From positions 640,001-704,000 of the forward strand of contig CAVRAL010000001.1 in assembly GCA_963719085.1 (NCBI GenBank): a stretch of 64,000 bases of DNA, read 5' to 3'. Position 1 is the first letter of the stretch, and every line of letters begins with the position of its first letter. This stretch comes from a candidate division FCPU426 bacterium (GTDB lineage: Bacteria; Oederibacteriota; Muellerivitia; Muellerivitales; Muellerivitaceae). Shown here in pieces: positions 40,023 through 52,065 of this stretch. Made by a program: the position numbers and the translations under genes. The notes under the pieces are model-generated. The model was not told the origin of the DNA, searched no databases, and saw nothing but the letters and a program-made list of their open reading frames with translations.

Positions 40023-41359
40023 GGGGCCTTTTCGGCGGGTTTGTCTTGGGATTCCAGTTGTTTTAAATGCTCGAGCCAGGCTTTGATCTTAGCCTCATAA
40101 CCCATCTCGGTGGGTTGGTAATAACGGTTCACGCCCTCGGCGTAAACCTGTTTGACGTAATGATCTTTAAAATCATGGGCATATTGATAGCCTTGCCCAT
40201 GGCCCAAGGTTTTCGCGCCCGCGTAATGCGTGTCTTTCAAGTGCGTGGGGACTTCCTTGGTGGTTTCTTTTTTGATGTCAGCGGTCGCGTTTTCCAATCC
40301 CATATAAGCGGCGTTGCTTTTAGGGGCGCAGGCCAGATAAACCGTGGCTTGGGCCAGCGGGATGCGGCCTTCGGGCAAACCGATAAATTCCAGCGCTTGC
40401 TGGGCCGCCACGGCCAAGGTCAGGGCTTGGGGATCGGCGTTGCCGATGTCCTCCGCCGCGGAGATGACCAGGCGCCTCGCGATGAACCGGGTGTCTTCTC
40501 CCGCGTAAAGCATCTTGGCCAGCCAATAAAGCGCGGCGTCCGGATCCGAGCCCCGGATGCTTTTGATGAAAGCGGAGATGGTGTCGTAATGCTGGTCGCC
40601 CGAGGCGTCATATTGGATAAATTTACGCTGGACGGATTCTTGGGCCGCTTCCAAATCAATCCGGATAAGCCCTTTCGAGTCGGGGGGCGTGGTGAGCACG
40701 GCCACTTCCAAGGCGTTTAAAAGAACGCGGCCATCGCCGGAAGCGGATTGAATTAAATGGGTCCGCGCGTCGGAAGCCAACTCGACTGGGTATTTCCCCA
40801 GGCCCCGCTCAGAATCCTTTAAAGCCCGGTCCAAAATGAGCGTGAGATCTTTTTCTTCCAGAGGTTTTAATTCACAAACCCGGGAGCGGGAAAGCAGGGC
40901 GCTGTTCAAGGCGAAGAAGGGATTTTGCGTGGTGGCGCCGACCAGGATAATAACGCCTTGTTCCAGATGGGGAAGCAGGGCGTCTTGTTGGCTTTTATTG
41001 AAGTGGTGGATTTCGTCTAAAAAAAGAACCGTCGATTTTTGATAAAGCTTTTTATTTTCGGTGGCTTCGGCGAAAACCGCGCGAAGCTCGGCTAATCCCG
41101 ACGTCACGGCGTTTAAGGCCACAAAGCGGCCTTGAAGCTTGCGGGCGACCAGCCGGGCGAATCCGGTTTTGCCCGTTCCCGGGGGGCCGTACAAAACGAG
41201 CGAGACAATTTTACCCGATTCCAAAAGCCGCCGTAAAAGTTTACCGGGGCCAATCAAGTGTTCTTGGCCGACATACTCCTCCAAGGTTTTGGGGGACATG
41301 CGGATGGCCAGGGGGCGAAGGGCGTCTTTTTCTTCAGGAACGGAATCGAATAAATCCAT
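40019..41359 (-). CDS. rarA: Replication-associated recombination protein A
   Basis: PLAIRM, GPPGTGKT, DEIH, SAFIKSIRGSDPDAALYWL, EDIGNADP. Confidence 0.96.
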   Translation of the reverse strand: MDLFDSVPEEKDALRPLAIRMSPKTLEEYVGQEHLIGPGKLLRRLLESGKIVSLVLYGPPGTGKTGFARLVARKLQGRFVALNAVTSGLAELRAVFAEATENKKLYQKSTVLFLDEIHHFNKSQQDALLPHLEQGVIILVGATTQNPFFALNSALLSRSRVCELKPLEEKDLTLILDRALKDSERGLGKYPVELASDARTHLIQSASGDGRVLLNALEVAVLTTPPDSKGLIRIDLEAAQESVQRKFIQYDASGDQHYDTISAFIKSIRGSDPDAALYWLAKMLYAGEDTRFIARRLVISAAEDIGNADPQALTLAVAAQQALEFIGLPEGRIPLAQATVYLACAPKSNAAYMGLENATADIKKETTKEVPTHLKDTHYAGAKTLGHGQGYQYAHDFKDHYVKQVYAEGVNRYYQPTEMGYEAKIKAWLEHLKQLESQDKPAEKAP

Positions 41360-41396
41360 GGGTCAATAATAAAGCGGGTCGAGCGGGGCAACAAGG

Positions 41397-41495
41397 CCCC
41401 GCTTCGCCTAAAGGCTACGCCGGGCATGGGGTCTGTCTTGTTTATAAGGTTTTTCGGGAGCGGGTATGTCGGGCGTGGCTAAAGCGAAGCCCGAC
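41397..41495. repeat. REP-like inverted doublet
   Basis: GCTTCGCCTAAAGGCTACGCCGGGCAT and the inverted copy ATGTCGGGCGTGGCTAAAGCGAAGCCCGAC; each arm is a small hairpin. Confidence 0.6.
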
Positions 41496-41534
41496 CGTCT
41501 TCACTAGCGGGTTTCGCCGGGTAAAAAATAAAAA

Positions 41535-41716
41535 AAGCCACCCGCCTGTGCCGTTTAAGACAGTACTTTTCTGAGGCCTGACTAAGTCAGGTGGGTGCCC
41601 GATCAAGCGGTTCATCGGCTTCCGAAGAAGACTATCCCCGATTGGTTTTGAACACCCGGTTTTTATTTTGTGGCTCAGAATTTCCCGCCCCAAGCTCGAA
41701 CACCGCAGGAGGCCCT
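41535..41716 (-). ncRNA. ssrS: 6S RNA
   Basis: About 180 nt; 5' GCCTCCTGCGGTGTTCG pairs with 3' AACGGCACAGGCGGGTGGC plus U tract; internal GGGCACCCACCTG; own promoter; zapA/ygfA neighbourhood. Confidence 0.85.
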
Positions 41717-41722
41717 AAGAAC

Positions 41723-41750
41723 ATTCTATGAACGCGGGGTTTCTTGTCAA
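41723..41750 (-). promoter_or_regulatory. Sigma70 promoter of the 6S RNA
   Basis: Minus strand TTGACA (41750-41745), 16-nt spacer, TAGAAT (41728-41723). Confidence 0.75.
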
Positions 41751-41843
41751 GGGATCCGAGGGCGGGAAAATTTGAAATGAGGGTTGAGAATTGGGAAAGG
41801 CTGTATCAGAATGCATGCCATCTTCCAGGGAGTAAGCCCCGTG

Positions 41844-42105
41844 ATGAAATTTCAAGTACAAAGCTTCCGGGCGCCGGGCTGGCTTTTTCCCATTGTGTTG
41901 TTGGTGGGCTTGGCCTTGATCCCGGTGGCGCTTTTCATCGCCGTCGCGGTTTTGGGGCTGGCTTTCGCGGGGGCGGTGGTCCGGTCCTTCCTGCCCGCGC
42001 CTTCCCCTTCGTCATCCTCTTCTCAAACAGTTTCCGCCCGGAAGGCCTCCGGATCCTTCTCGAATCAACCGGTTTTGGATGTTGAATACGAAATAAAGGA
42101 CGACC

Positions 42106-42128
<23 letters not shown>
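41844..42128 (+). CDS. Small membrane protein upstream of glgP
   Basis: GGGAG RBS, hydrophobic hairpin, C-terminal VLDVEYEI; overlaps the glgP start. Confidence 0.6.
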
Positions 42129-44622
<2,494 letters not shown>

Positions 44623-44641
44623 ACTAAAAAACGATTAAAAT

Positions 44642-44680
44642 AAAAAGCCGCCTCATTCGTTTGGATGAAGCGGCTTTTTT
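44642..44680. terminator. Bidirectional terminator between glgP and zapA
   Basis: AAAAAGCCGCCTCAT...ATGAAGCGGCTTTTTT. Confidence 0.8.
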
Positions 44681-44693
44681 ATTTAGGGGAGCT

Positions 44694-45383
44694 TTATTCT
44701 AAAATCGCGTCCATCTTACGGAAGAGGGCGGCTAATTTTTCCTCGGGGAGGGCTGTCGACGGGCCGTGATCCTTCGCGACGGGTTTGCGGGTGAGCTCGA
44801 TCTGGGCTTTTTCCAATTGGCCTTGGGTTTCCTTGATCTCTTCTTGGATTGAATTGTTCTTTTTCGATTCTTCCGCCAGCTTTTTGCGGATTTCCTCAAA
44901 CTCGGGCTTGAGGGTTTCCAGTTCTTGCTTGTACTCCATGGCTTCTTCCTCGAACCGGACGATTTTTTCTTTGGCCTCCGCCAACTCATCCCGTAAACGT
45001 TCCCGCTCTTTTTCGGCCTGCTCCACGAGGGAACGGGTCTGATCGGCTTCCGCCTTGTTCTTTTCCAGGTGTTCTTTCATTTCCAGGGTGTGTTTGAGGG
45101 AGCCTTCGGAGGACTTTTTCATGTCCAGGAGGTTTCTTTCCAAGGTCTCGATCAATTTAAGGTTTTCCGCTTTCATTTTCTCGAGCCGGTGAAGCTCGTC
45201 GGAGATATTCATGGAAGCCAAGATGGCCACCTTGGCCGCGGGGGCCGAGGACTTTTTCCCGATCTCAGTCATCTTCGCGTCGACGAATTTGGCCAGTTCC
45301 AAGATGTATTGGGGATCGGCCTCACCCTTGAGGGTGTATTCGTTGCCGTAAATCGTGACCGTGACTGATTTTTTGTCGCTCAT
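44694..45383 (-). CDS. zapA: ZapA with a long C-terminal coiled-coil extension
   Basis: VTVTIYGNEYTLKG...LAKFVDAKM...AILASMNISDEL, then about 150 aa rich in E/K heptads. Confidence 0.85.
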   Translation of the reverse strand: MSDKKSVTVTIYGNEYTLKGEADPQYILELAKFVDAKMTEIGKKSSAPAAKVAILASMNISDELHRLEKMKAENLKLIETLERNLLDMKKSSEGSLKHTLEMKEHLEKNKAEADQTRSLVEQAEKERERLRDELAEAKEKIVRFEEEAMEYKQELETLKPEFEEIRKKLAEESKKNNSIQEEIKETQGQLEKAQIELTRKPVAKDHGPSTALPEEKLAALFRKMDAILE

Positions 45384-45727
45384 AACCGTTCCGAGTCCAA
45401 TTGTTTTTTACCGTTGCGAAGCTCAGCGGTTAGCTTTTCCATGTGAACCAGATTTTTTTGGAGTTGTTTCAGGTCTTCCAAGGCTTGCTCATAATTTTTA
45501 CGGAGTTTTTCATTTTCAGCCGAGAGGGCGGGGGATTCGGCCGTTACCGGGGCGTTAGCGGGTTTATCCCGCAGTTGATTCTTGAGGGCCATGTTTTCTT
45601 TCATCAATTGGCCGTTGGAATTACGCAGTTGGACAACGCTTTCCAAGAGGCGGTTGATTCGTTTTTCCAGGGCGTCCCAGCCGAATTGGGGCTTGGACAC
45701 TTCGGGGAACAATTCATCGGAGGGCAA
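45380..45727 (-). CDS. ZapB-like coiled-coil protein
   Basis: LEKRINRLLESVVQLRNSNGQLMKEN; lies between pheT and zapA with overlapping ends. Confidence 0.6.
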   Translation of the reverse strand: MPSDELFPEVSKPQFGWDALEKRINRLLESVVQLRNSNGQLMKENMALKNQLRDKPANAPVTAESPALSAENEKLRKNYEQALEDLKQLQKNLVHMEKLTAELRNGKKQLDSERL

Positions 45728-48119
45728 TCGCGTACCTCGTTTTCAAGTCTTCGACTATTTTTGAGACTTTCCCCGCCACTTCCTCGTCGGTCATGGTTCT
45801 TTCCGGGTTTTGAAACAAGAGGCGATAGGCCAAGCTTCGGTGGCCGGGGGCCACATGCGGCCCTTGATAAAGATCAAACAGCCAAACCTTTTTCAATTCC
45901 ACGCCGCCCTGGGACTGAATGGCCTGAATCACCTGCTCTGATGTTACACCATCGGGAACGACCAAGGCAACGTCCCGCCAGGCAGCGGGAAACTTAGGCA
46001 GCGGATTATAGTCCAAGGAAAGCAGGGGGGATTGGGCTAGGGCTTCTAAGTCGACTTCCAAGGCGAAGCAGGGGCCGGTCAGGCCTTGTTCTTTCAATAC
46101 TTTGGGATGGAGGGCGCCGCCCTTGAGAAGGAGATGTCCTTTGGGATCCAGGGCCTTAAAGCTTTGGGCCGCGTAATAGGGGGCGGAAAGGGTGTTAAAT
46201 TCCCATTTCCATCCGTCCAAACGCAGGGCGATGAGCAGGTTTTCGGCCAATCCTTTGATGTCGTAAAAGTCCGCTTTACGGGCGGGCGACTGCCATCCCA
46301 CTTCGGCGGTTTGGCCGGCCCAGACGGCCGCGGCTTGGCGTTTTTCAACGACGCCCTTGGGTGAGGGTGAAAAGACCTTGTTGAGTTCATAAAGCGCCAC
46401 GCCGTCTTGTTGGTGCGACAGGTTGGTTTGGACGTTCAAGAGCAACGAAGGCAAAAGGCTGGGGCGCAGTACATCCTGATCATCGGCGATCGGATTGGCC
46501 AAGGCTTGCAGCTGGCGCAGAGGATCCTCGGGCCCCAGTTTTAATTTATCCGGAAAGTGCCGGGACAAAAAGGACGAGTTGACGGCTTCGTTAAAGCCGG
46601 ATTGGTGAAAGATGGATCGGATTTCGGACTCGAAGGGAATCTTGGTCGTGATCTCGTTAAAGAGAACCGGAACCCGGGGCAAGAGGAGGGGAATTTTGTC
46701 GTAGCCCATGACCCGGGCGACTTCCTCGATGAGGTCAATTTCCCGGACCAAATCCACCCGGTAGCCCGGCACGGTGACGGCGTAACCTTCCACCCCCGGT
46801 TTTTCCGATAAGGAACAACCCAAGCTTTTTAAAACCCGGATTTGATCGGCGTCGGCGAAGTTGGTTCCTAATAGGGTCCGGCAGCGTTCGGGACGGAACT
46901 TCACTTGCGCGGGGGTAAAGGGTTTGGAAACGACGCTGACGATTCCGGCGGCTAATGTTCCCCCGGCAATTTCTAAAATCAGGCCGGCGGCGCGGTCGAG
47001 GGCCCGTTCCACGCCTTGCGGATCGACGCCGCGCTCAAAGCGATAAGAAGAATCGGTGGAGATGCCGAGGGCGCGTGCGGTTTTGCGCACACTGCCGGGC
47101 AAAAAGAGAGCCGCTTCCAAAAGAATGGTTTGGGTTTTTTCGGTCACTTGGGAATTACCGCCGCCCATGACCCCCGCCAAGGCCACGGGCTTTCGGCTGT
47201 CGGCGATCACCAGCATCGAGTCTTTTAGTTCCCGTGCACTTCCGTCCAGCAAAGGAATCTTCTCGCCGTTTTTGGCTTTGCGGACCACAATCTGCCCGTC
47301 TTGAAGACTGGTGAAATCAAACGCGTGCAGGGGCTGGCCTAATTCCATGAGCACATAATTGGTGACGTCAACGACGTTGTTGATCGACTTTTGGCCTATT
47401 TTTTCCAAGGCTTGCGCCAGCCATTGGGGTGAGGGCCCCACTTTAATGTTTTCAATCAGCCGGGCGTTATAAGCGAAGCAAAGCTCGGGCGCTTGCACGG
47501 CGACCTTCACTTTTGAGGCGATGGCCGGCCCCGTTTCTTTCAGGGAAACCGGCGGCAGGAGAATCGGCCGGCCTAAAAGCGCGCCCAGCTCCCGGGCCAA
47601 GCCGATGTGGCTTAAGAGGTCCGAGCGGTTGGGGGTGATTTCGAGCTCGAAAAGTGTGTCCGGAAGTCCCATATAGAAAGTGAAGTCCGCCCCCAGGGGG
47701 GCATCGAGGGGAAGCTGAAGGATGCCTTCGGCGTCGGCGGCCAACCCCAGTTCCTTGGCCGAGCAAAGCATGCCTTCGGAGTCCACGCCCCGGATTTTAG
47801 CGGCCTTGATTTTAAAATCCCCGGGAAGCACGGCGCCTAATTTGGCCAGCGGCACTTTTTGGCCGGGGGCGATATTTTTAGCCCCACAAACCACGCTGAA
47901 AGTTTCCGCGCCCGTGGAAACCTTGGTGAGGGAAAGGCGATCGGCTTGGGGGTGTTTTTCAACGGCCAGAAGCTCGGCCACCACGACGCCCGTGATGTCC
48001 GCGCCGATTTGGCGAACGCCGCCCACTTCAACCCCTGCCTGGACCAATTTTGGAAGAATCGTCTCAGGGGATTCAGGAAGCGACAGGTAATTTCGAAGCC
48101 AATTATAGGAGATGAGCAT
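45714..48119 (-). CDS. pheT: Phenylalanine--tRNA ligase beta subunit
   Basis: MLISYNWL, HPQADRL, ITPNRSDLLS, RFERGVD, FDX-ACB C-terminus; 801 aa. Confidence 0.98.
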   Translation of the reverse strand: MLISYNWLRNYLSLPESPETILPKLVQAGVEVGGVRQIGADITGVVVAELLAVEKHPQADRLSLTKVSTGAETFSVVCGAKNIAPGQKVPLAKLGAVLPGDFKIKAAKIRGVDSEGMLCSAKELGLAADAEGILQLPLDAPLGADFTFYMGLPDTLFELEITPNRSDLLSHIGLARELGALLGRPILLPPVSLKETGPAIASKVKVAVQAPELCFAYNARLIENIKVGPSPQWLAQALEKIGQKSINNVVDVTNYVLMELGQPLHAFDFTSLQDGQIVVRKAKNGEKIPLLDGSARELKDSMLVIADSRKPVALAGVMGGGNSQVTEKTQTILLEAALFLPGSVRKTARALGISTDSSYRFERGVDPQGVERALDRAAGLILEIAGGTLAAGIVSVVSKPFTPAQVKFRPERCRTLLGTNFADADQIRVLKSLGCSLSEKPGVEGYAVTVPGYRVDLVREIDLIEEVARVMGYDKIPLLLPRVPVLFNEITTKIPFESEIRSIFHQSGFNEAVNSSFLSRHFPDKLKLGPEDPLRQLQALANPIADDQDVLRPSLLPSLLLNVQTNLSHQQDGVALYELNKVFSPSPKGVVEKRQAAAVWAGQTAEVGWQSPARKADFYDIKGLAENLLIALRLDGWKWEFNTLSAPYYAAQSFKALDPKGHLLLKGGALHPKVLKEQGLTGPCFALEVDLEALAQSPLLSLDYNPLPKFPAAWRDVALVVPDGVTSEQVIQAIQSQGGVELKKVWLFDLYQGPHVAPGHRSLAYRLLFQNPERTMTDEEVAGKVSKIVEDLKTRYAIALR

Positions 48120-48159
48120 AGGAGACCTGTTCTATGGGCGAAAAGCCCGTAATTTCGAG

Positions 48160-48188
48160 AGTTTAAGGGAGGCTCCAAGGGCTGTCAA
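48160..48188 (-). promoter_or_regulatory. Sigma70 promoter directly upstream of pheT
   Basis: Minus strand TTGACA (48188-48183), 17-nt spacer, TAAACT (48165-48160). Confidence 0.7.
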
Positions 48189-48307
48189 CAAAATGCGCCG
48201 ATGGCGCTCAATCGGCGCCCGCCTCATTTTGATGATGATTTTTAAACCGATTCACCCTATAAGATTGTCCAGCGGTTCTATTTTCCCTTCGAAAGGTGGT
48301 GGTGAGA

Positions 48308-49403
48308 TTGGCGTTGTTCGAATTGGACGTCAAGTCTCTGGAGCGTAAGTTAACCGAAGTGAGGGATCATCTTTGACCCCGCTCAAACGCGACGGGAAAT
48401 AGAGCGGCTCGAGGCACAAACCACCCATCCTGATTTTTGGAACAATACCCAAGAAGCCCAGGCGGTCACCGGACGTTTAGCCCGGCTCAAGGACAGCTTG
48501 GCGCTGGTCGAGAAGTTTGAGAAACAATATAGCGACCTTTTAGCCTGCCAGGAATTGCTCAAAGAAGAACATGACGCGTCCCTCCAGGAAGAGCTCAAGC
48601 GTGAGAACGATAAGTTCGAGGCGGAATTCCGCGAATTCGAGCTGAAGCGCAACTTCACGGGCAAATACGATTTTAATAACGCTTACTTTTCCATCCATCC
48701 CGGCGCCGGCGGAACCGAAAGCCAGGATTGGGCTCAAATCCTTTTGCGCATGTACCTGCGCTGGTTGGAAGAAAAGGGCTATAAGGTCGAGACCATGGAC
48801 TATCAACCGGCCGACGAGGCGGGGATCAAGTCCGTCTCGTTATTGGTCACGGGTCCCTGGGCTTACGGATTTCTAAAAGTTGAGAAGGGCGTCCACCGCT
48901 TGGTGCGCATTTCCCCCTTTGACGCCGCCAAAAGGCGCCATACCTCTTTCGCTTCGGTTGACGTGATGCCGGAGGTGGAGGACGTTGAGTTTGAGATCAA
49001 GCCCGACGATATTCAAATGGACACTTACCGATCCGGCGGCAAGGGCGGCCAGAACGTCAACAAGGTTGAGACGGCGGTCCGCTTGACCCACATTCCCACC
49101 GGCATCATCGTGGCCTGCCAAGCTGAGCGCTCCCAGTTTAAAAACCGGGACAAGGCCATGAAGATGCTCCGGGCCCAGTTGTTTCAGTATTACCAAGACA
49201 AACAAGACGCTGAATTGTCCAAGGTGGCGGGTGAGAAAAAGAAGATTGAGTGGGGAAGTCAGATCCGCTCCTACGTCTTCCAGCCTTATCAATTGGTGAA
49301 GGATCACCGCACCAACACCGAAATATCGGATATTGCCCGGGTCATGGACGGGGATTTGGATCTTTTTATTGAGGCGGCCTTAAAAGCCAAGCTGGTGGAT
49401 TAA
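48308..49403 (+). CDS. prfB: Peptide chain release factor 2, with programmed +1 frameshift
   Basis: First frame (TTG 48308 or GTG 48302) ...EVRDHL ends at CTT TGA C (48371-48377); the +1 frame continues DPAQ...PDFWNN..., SPF, GGQ. Confidence 0.95.
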
Positions 49404-49511
49404 TGAGAATGGCCTTGCGGCCCGAAGCGCCCTCGCGCCGCGCGGGAAGAAGCTGCTGCCTAGGTTAGCCGCGTTTAACCAAACAGCCTAATTCAAAACG
49501 AAGGATGGATA

Positions 49512-50222
49512 TTGAAACGAGAAAAGTGGGACGGCCAACGGGAAACGTTGGATGATTTACTCGAAGCGGTCCATTACAACCGGTGGATTTACCGCAATGT
49601 CGAAGCCTTCCTGGGTAAAAGAATCCTGGAAGTCGGTTGCGGCACGGGAAACATCACGGGATTTCTCGCGGATGGGAGGCGGGTTTTGGCCGTCGATGTC
49701 CATGGTGGATACCTGGAGTCGGCTAAAAAACGATTGGGCAAAAAACCGAACCTGCGTTTCCGGGAGTTGGATCTTCGAAAGGGTGTCCGCGAGTTTCGGG
49801 GTTTTCGTCCGGATACGATCATCAGCGTTAATGTTTTAGAGCATATCGATGAAGATGAGGCTTTTTTGAAAGAAAGTTTTGACCTGCTTCCGCCGGGAGG
49901 GAGGTTTTTAGTTTTTGTGCCGGCCTTTCAATGGCTGTATGGATCGATGGACATCAGCTACGGGCATTATCGCCGCTACTCCAAGGGTTCGCTTAATGAC
50001 AAGCTGAGGAGAACGGGTTTCGAGATTGATTATTGCCGCTATTTGAACCTCTTGGGTGTTTTAGGCTGGTGGGTGAACGGCAAAATATTAAAGCGAAAGA
50101 TCATTCCAAAAGGACAGATGCTTCTTTATGATCAAATTCTGAGATTGGTCGCGCCCATTGAAAAATATCTACCGAAGCCCCTGGGACTTTCCCTGCTTTC
50201 GGTTGGCCGTAAACCTGGTTGA
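49512..50222 (+). CDS. Class I SAM-dependent methyltransferase
   Basis: ILEVGCGTGN, NVLEHI, LPPGG..VPA, GHYRRY. Confidence 0.88.
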   Translation: MKREKWDGQRETLDDLLEAVHYNRWIYRNVEAFLGKRILEVGCGTGNITGFLADGRRVLAVDVHGGYLESAKKRLGKKPNLRFRELDLRKGVREFRGFRPDTIISVNVLEHIDEDEAFLKESFDLLPPGGRFLVFVPAFQWLYGSMDISYGHYRRYSKGSLNDKLRRTGFEIDYCRYLNLLGVLGWWVNGKILKRKIIPKGQMLLYDQILRLVAPIEKYLPKPLGLSLLSVGRKPG

Positions 50223-50245
50223 TCAAAAGACGGTAACAAAACCTT

Positions 50246-50365
50246 TTCACCGCCAAGGCGCCAAGGACGCCAAGAACAGCGAAAGACTAAAAATCAGGCA
50301 AAAGGTTTTAAAATCCCTGTTTTTGTTTTGGTCTTTCTTGGCGAACTTGGCGTCTTGGCGGTGAA
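50246..50365. repeat. Intergenic hairpin element B (three CGCCAAG units per arm)
   Basis: Left TTCACCGCCAAGGCGCCAAGGACGCCAAGAA; right reverse complement TTCACCGCCAAGACGCCAAGTTCGCCAAGAA; 28 of 31 identical. Confidence 0.9.
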
Positions 50366-50431
50366 GATTGAACTGAGTTTTGATTTTTGTTACCGGTTCT
50401 AAATAAAATTCTCTGGAAACGGACGGTTGAC

Positions 50432-51937
50432 ATGTCGGAATTGAATGAATTTATCAAGGTGCGGTTGGACAAGTTAAAGGCTTTGCGGGAAAAGGGCGTG
50501 AATCCTTATCCCACTCGTTTTGATCCCACGCACCATTCAGCGGATCTTCTTGAAAAATACAAGGACCTGCAAGCCGCGGAACACCGCGAGGCTGACAAGG
50601 TTTCCATCGCGGGCCGGTTGGTGACCATTCGGGGGATGGGTAAAAGTTCCTTCGCCCATATTTTGGACGGACAGGGCAAAATTCAAGTTTATGTAAAACT
50701 CGACGGCATCGGGGAAAAGGATTACGAAATTTTCAAAATGCTGGATTTGGGCGACATCATCGGCGTCAAGGGCTTTCCCTTTAAGACTAAGACCGGCGAG
50801 GTCAGCGTGCACGTGGAATCCTTCACCCTTTTAGCCAAGTCCCTGCATCCCTTGCCGGAAAAATGGCATGGCTTGACCGACGTGGAAGCCCGTTACCGGC
50901 ACCGCTACGTGGATTTGATCGTGAATGAGAACGTCCGCAAAACTTTTGAGATCCGCTCCAAGGTTGTGGGCGCGATCCGCCGTTATATGGATGGTCAGCA
51001 ATTTCTCGAAGTTGAAACTCCCATGATGCACCCGATTCCCGGCGGCGCGGCGGCCAAGCCTTTTGTGACCCACCATAACGCCTTGGATATGGACCTTTTC
51101 ATGCGGGTGGCCCCCGAGCTTTATTTGAAGCGCCTGTTGGTCGGCGGCCTGGAGCGGGTTTATGAGATCAACCGCAACTTCCGCAACGAAGGCATCAGCA
51201 TCAAGCACAATCCCGAGTTCACCATGTTGGAGGCCTACCAAGCTTACGGCGACCATGAGACGGTGATGACTTTGACGGAAAATCTTTTGGCCGAGGCCGC
51301 CAAGGCCGCCGGTCAATCACTCGAGATCAAGGTCGGCGAACAGGAACTTGATTTCACGCCGCCTTTCAAGCGCCTGCCCCTGTTTCAAGCTTTGAAAGAA
51401 ATTGGCGGGGTGGATTACGACAAGGTCGACGTGGAAGAGCTCAAAAAGCGGGTGAAGGGGACTTCGGCCTCCGTGAAACATATCGACAGCTTAAGCAAAG
51501 CTGAACTGGCTTATCTGCTTTTCGGGGAACTGGTGGAGTCCAAACTGATCCAGCCGACCTTTATCACGGAATTCCCGGTGGAAGTCTCGCCTTTATCCAA
51601 GTCGAAGCCTGACAACCCCGCTTTGACCGAACGGTTCGAGCTTTTTGTGTTTGGCCGGGAAATCGCCAATGGTTTTTCCGAACTCAACGATCCTGTGGAT
51701 CAGCGCAAGCGTTTCGAAAAACAAGTGGAGCTTCGTAAGTCGGGTGACGAAGAGGGGATGTTTTTGGATGAGGACTATATCTTGGCGCTTTCCTATGGCA
51801 TGCCTCCGGCCGGCGGCGTGGGAATCGGCATTGACCGGCTCCTGATGCTTTTGACCGACAGCCCTTCCATTCGCGACGTAATTTTGTTTCCCTTACTTCG
51901 CCATAGAGATGATGAAGAAAAGATGGTGTTTGAATAA
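50432..51937 (+). CDS. lysS: Lysine--tRNA ligase (class II)
   Basis: PLPEKWHGLTD, GGAAAKPF, RNFRNEG..HNPEF, GIGIDRL; start at ATG 50432. Confidence 0.98.
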   Translation: MSELNEFIKVRLDKLKALREKGVNPYPTRFDPTHHSADLLEKYKDLQAAEHREADKVSIAGRLVTIRGMGKSSFAHILDGQGKIQVYVKLDGIGEKDYEIFKMLDLGDIIGVKGFPFKTKTGEVSVHVESFTLLAKSLHPLPEKWHGLTDVEARYRHRYVDLIVNENVRKTFEIRSKVVGAIRRYMDGQQFLEVETPMMHPIPGGAAAKPFVTHHNALDMDLFMRVAPELYLKRLLVGGLERVYEINRNFRNEGISIKHNPEFTMLEAYQAYGDHETVMTLTENLLAEAAKAAGQSLEIKVGEQELDFTPPFKRLPLFQALKEIGGVDYDKVDVEELKKRVKGTSASVKHIDSLSKAELAYLLFGELVESKLIQPTFITEFPVEVSPLSKSKPDNPALTERFELFVFGREIANGFSELNDPVDQRKRFEKQVELRKSGDEEGMFLDEDYILALSYGMPPAGGVGIGIDRLLMLLTDSPSIRDVILFPLLRHRDDEEKMVFE

Positions 51938-51949
51938 GAATTTAAAAAA

Positions 51950-52033
51950 TTCAACCACCAAGGTCACCAAGAAGGCGTGAAACGAGCTTTGATTTTAGTC
52001 TTTCTTGGTGACCTTGGTGTACTTGGTGGTGAA
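51950..52033. repeat. Intergenic hairpin element C (CACCAAG units; two left, three right)
   Basis: Left TTCAACCACCAAGGTCACCAAGAA; right reverse complement TTCACCACCAAGTACACCAAGGTCACCAAGAA. Confidence 0.88.
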
Positions 52034-52065
52034 ATGGTTTTTACTTTTATTGTGAAGGGCTTCTT

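Noticed and set aside
48308..48497. prfB as a pseudogene or truncated gene
   Set aside because: The stop lies in the canonical programmed frameshift site.
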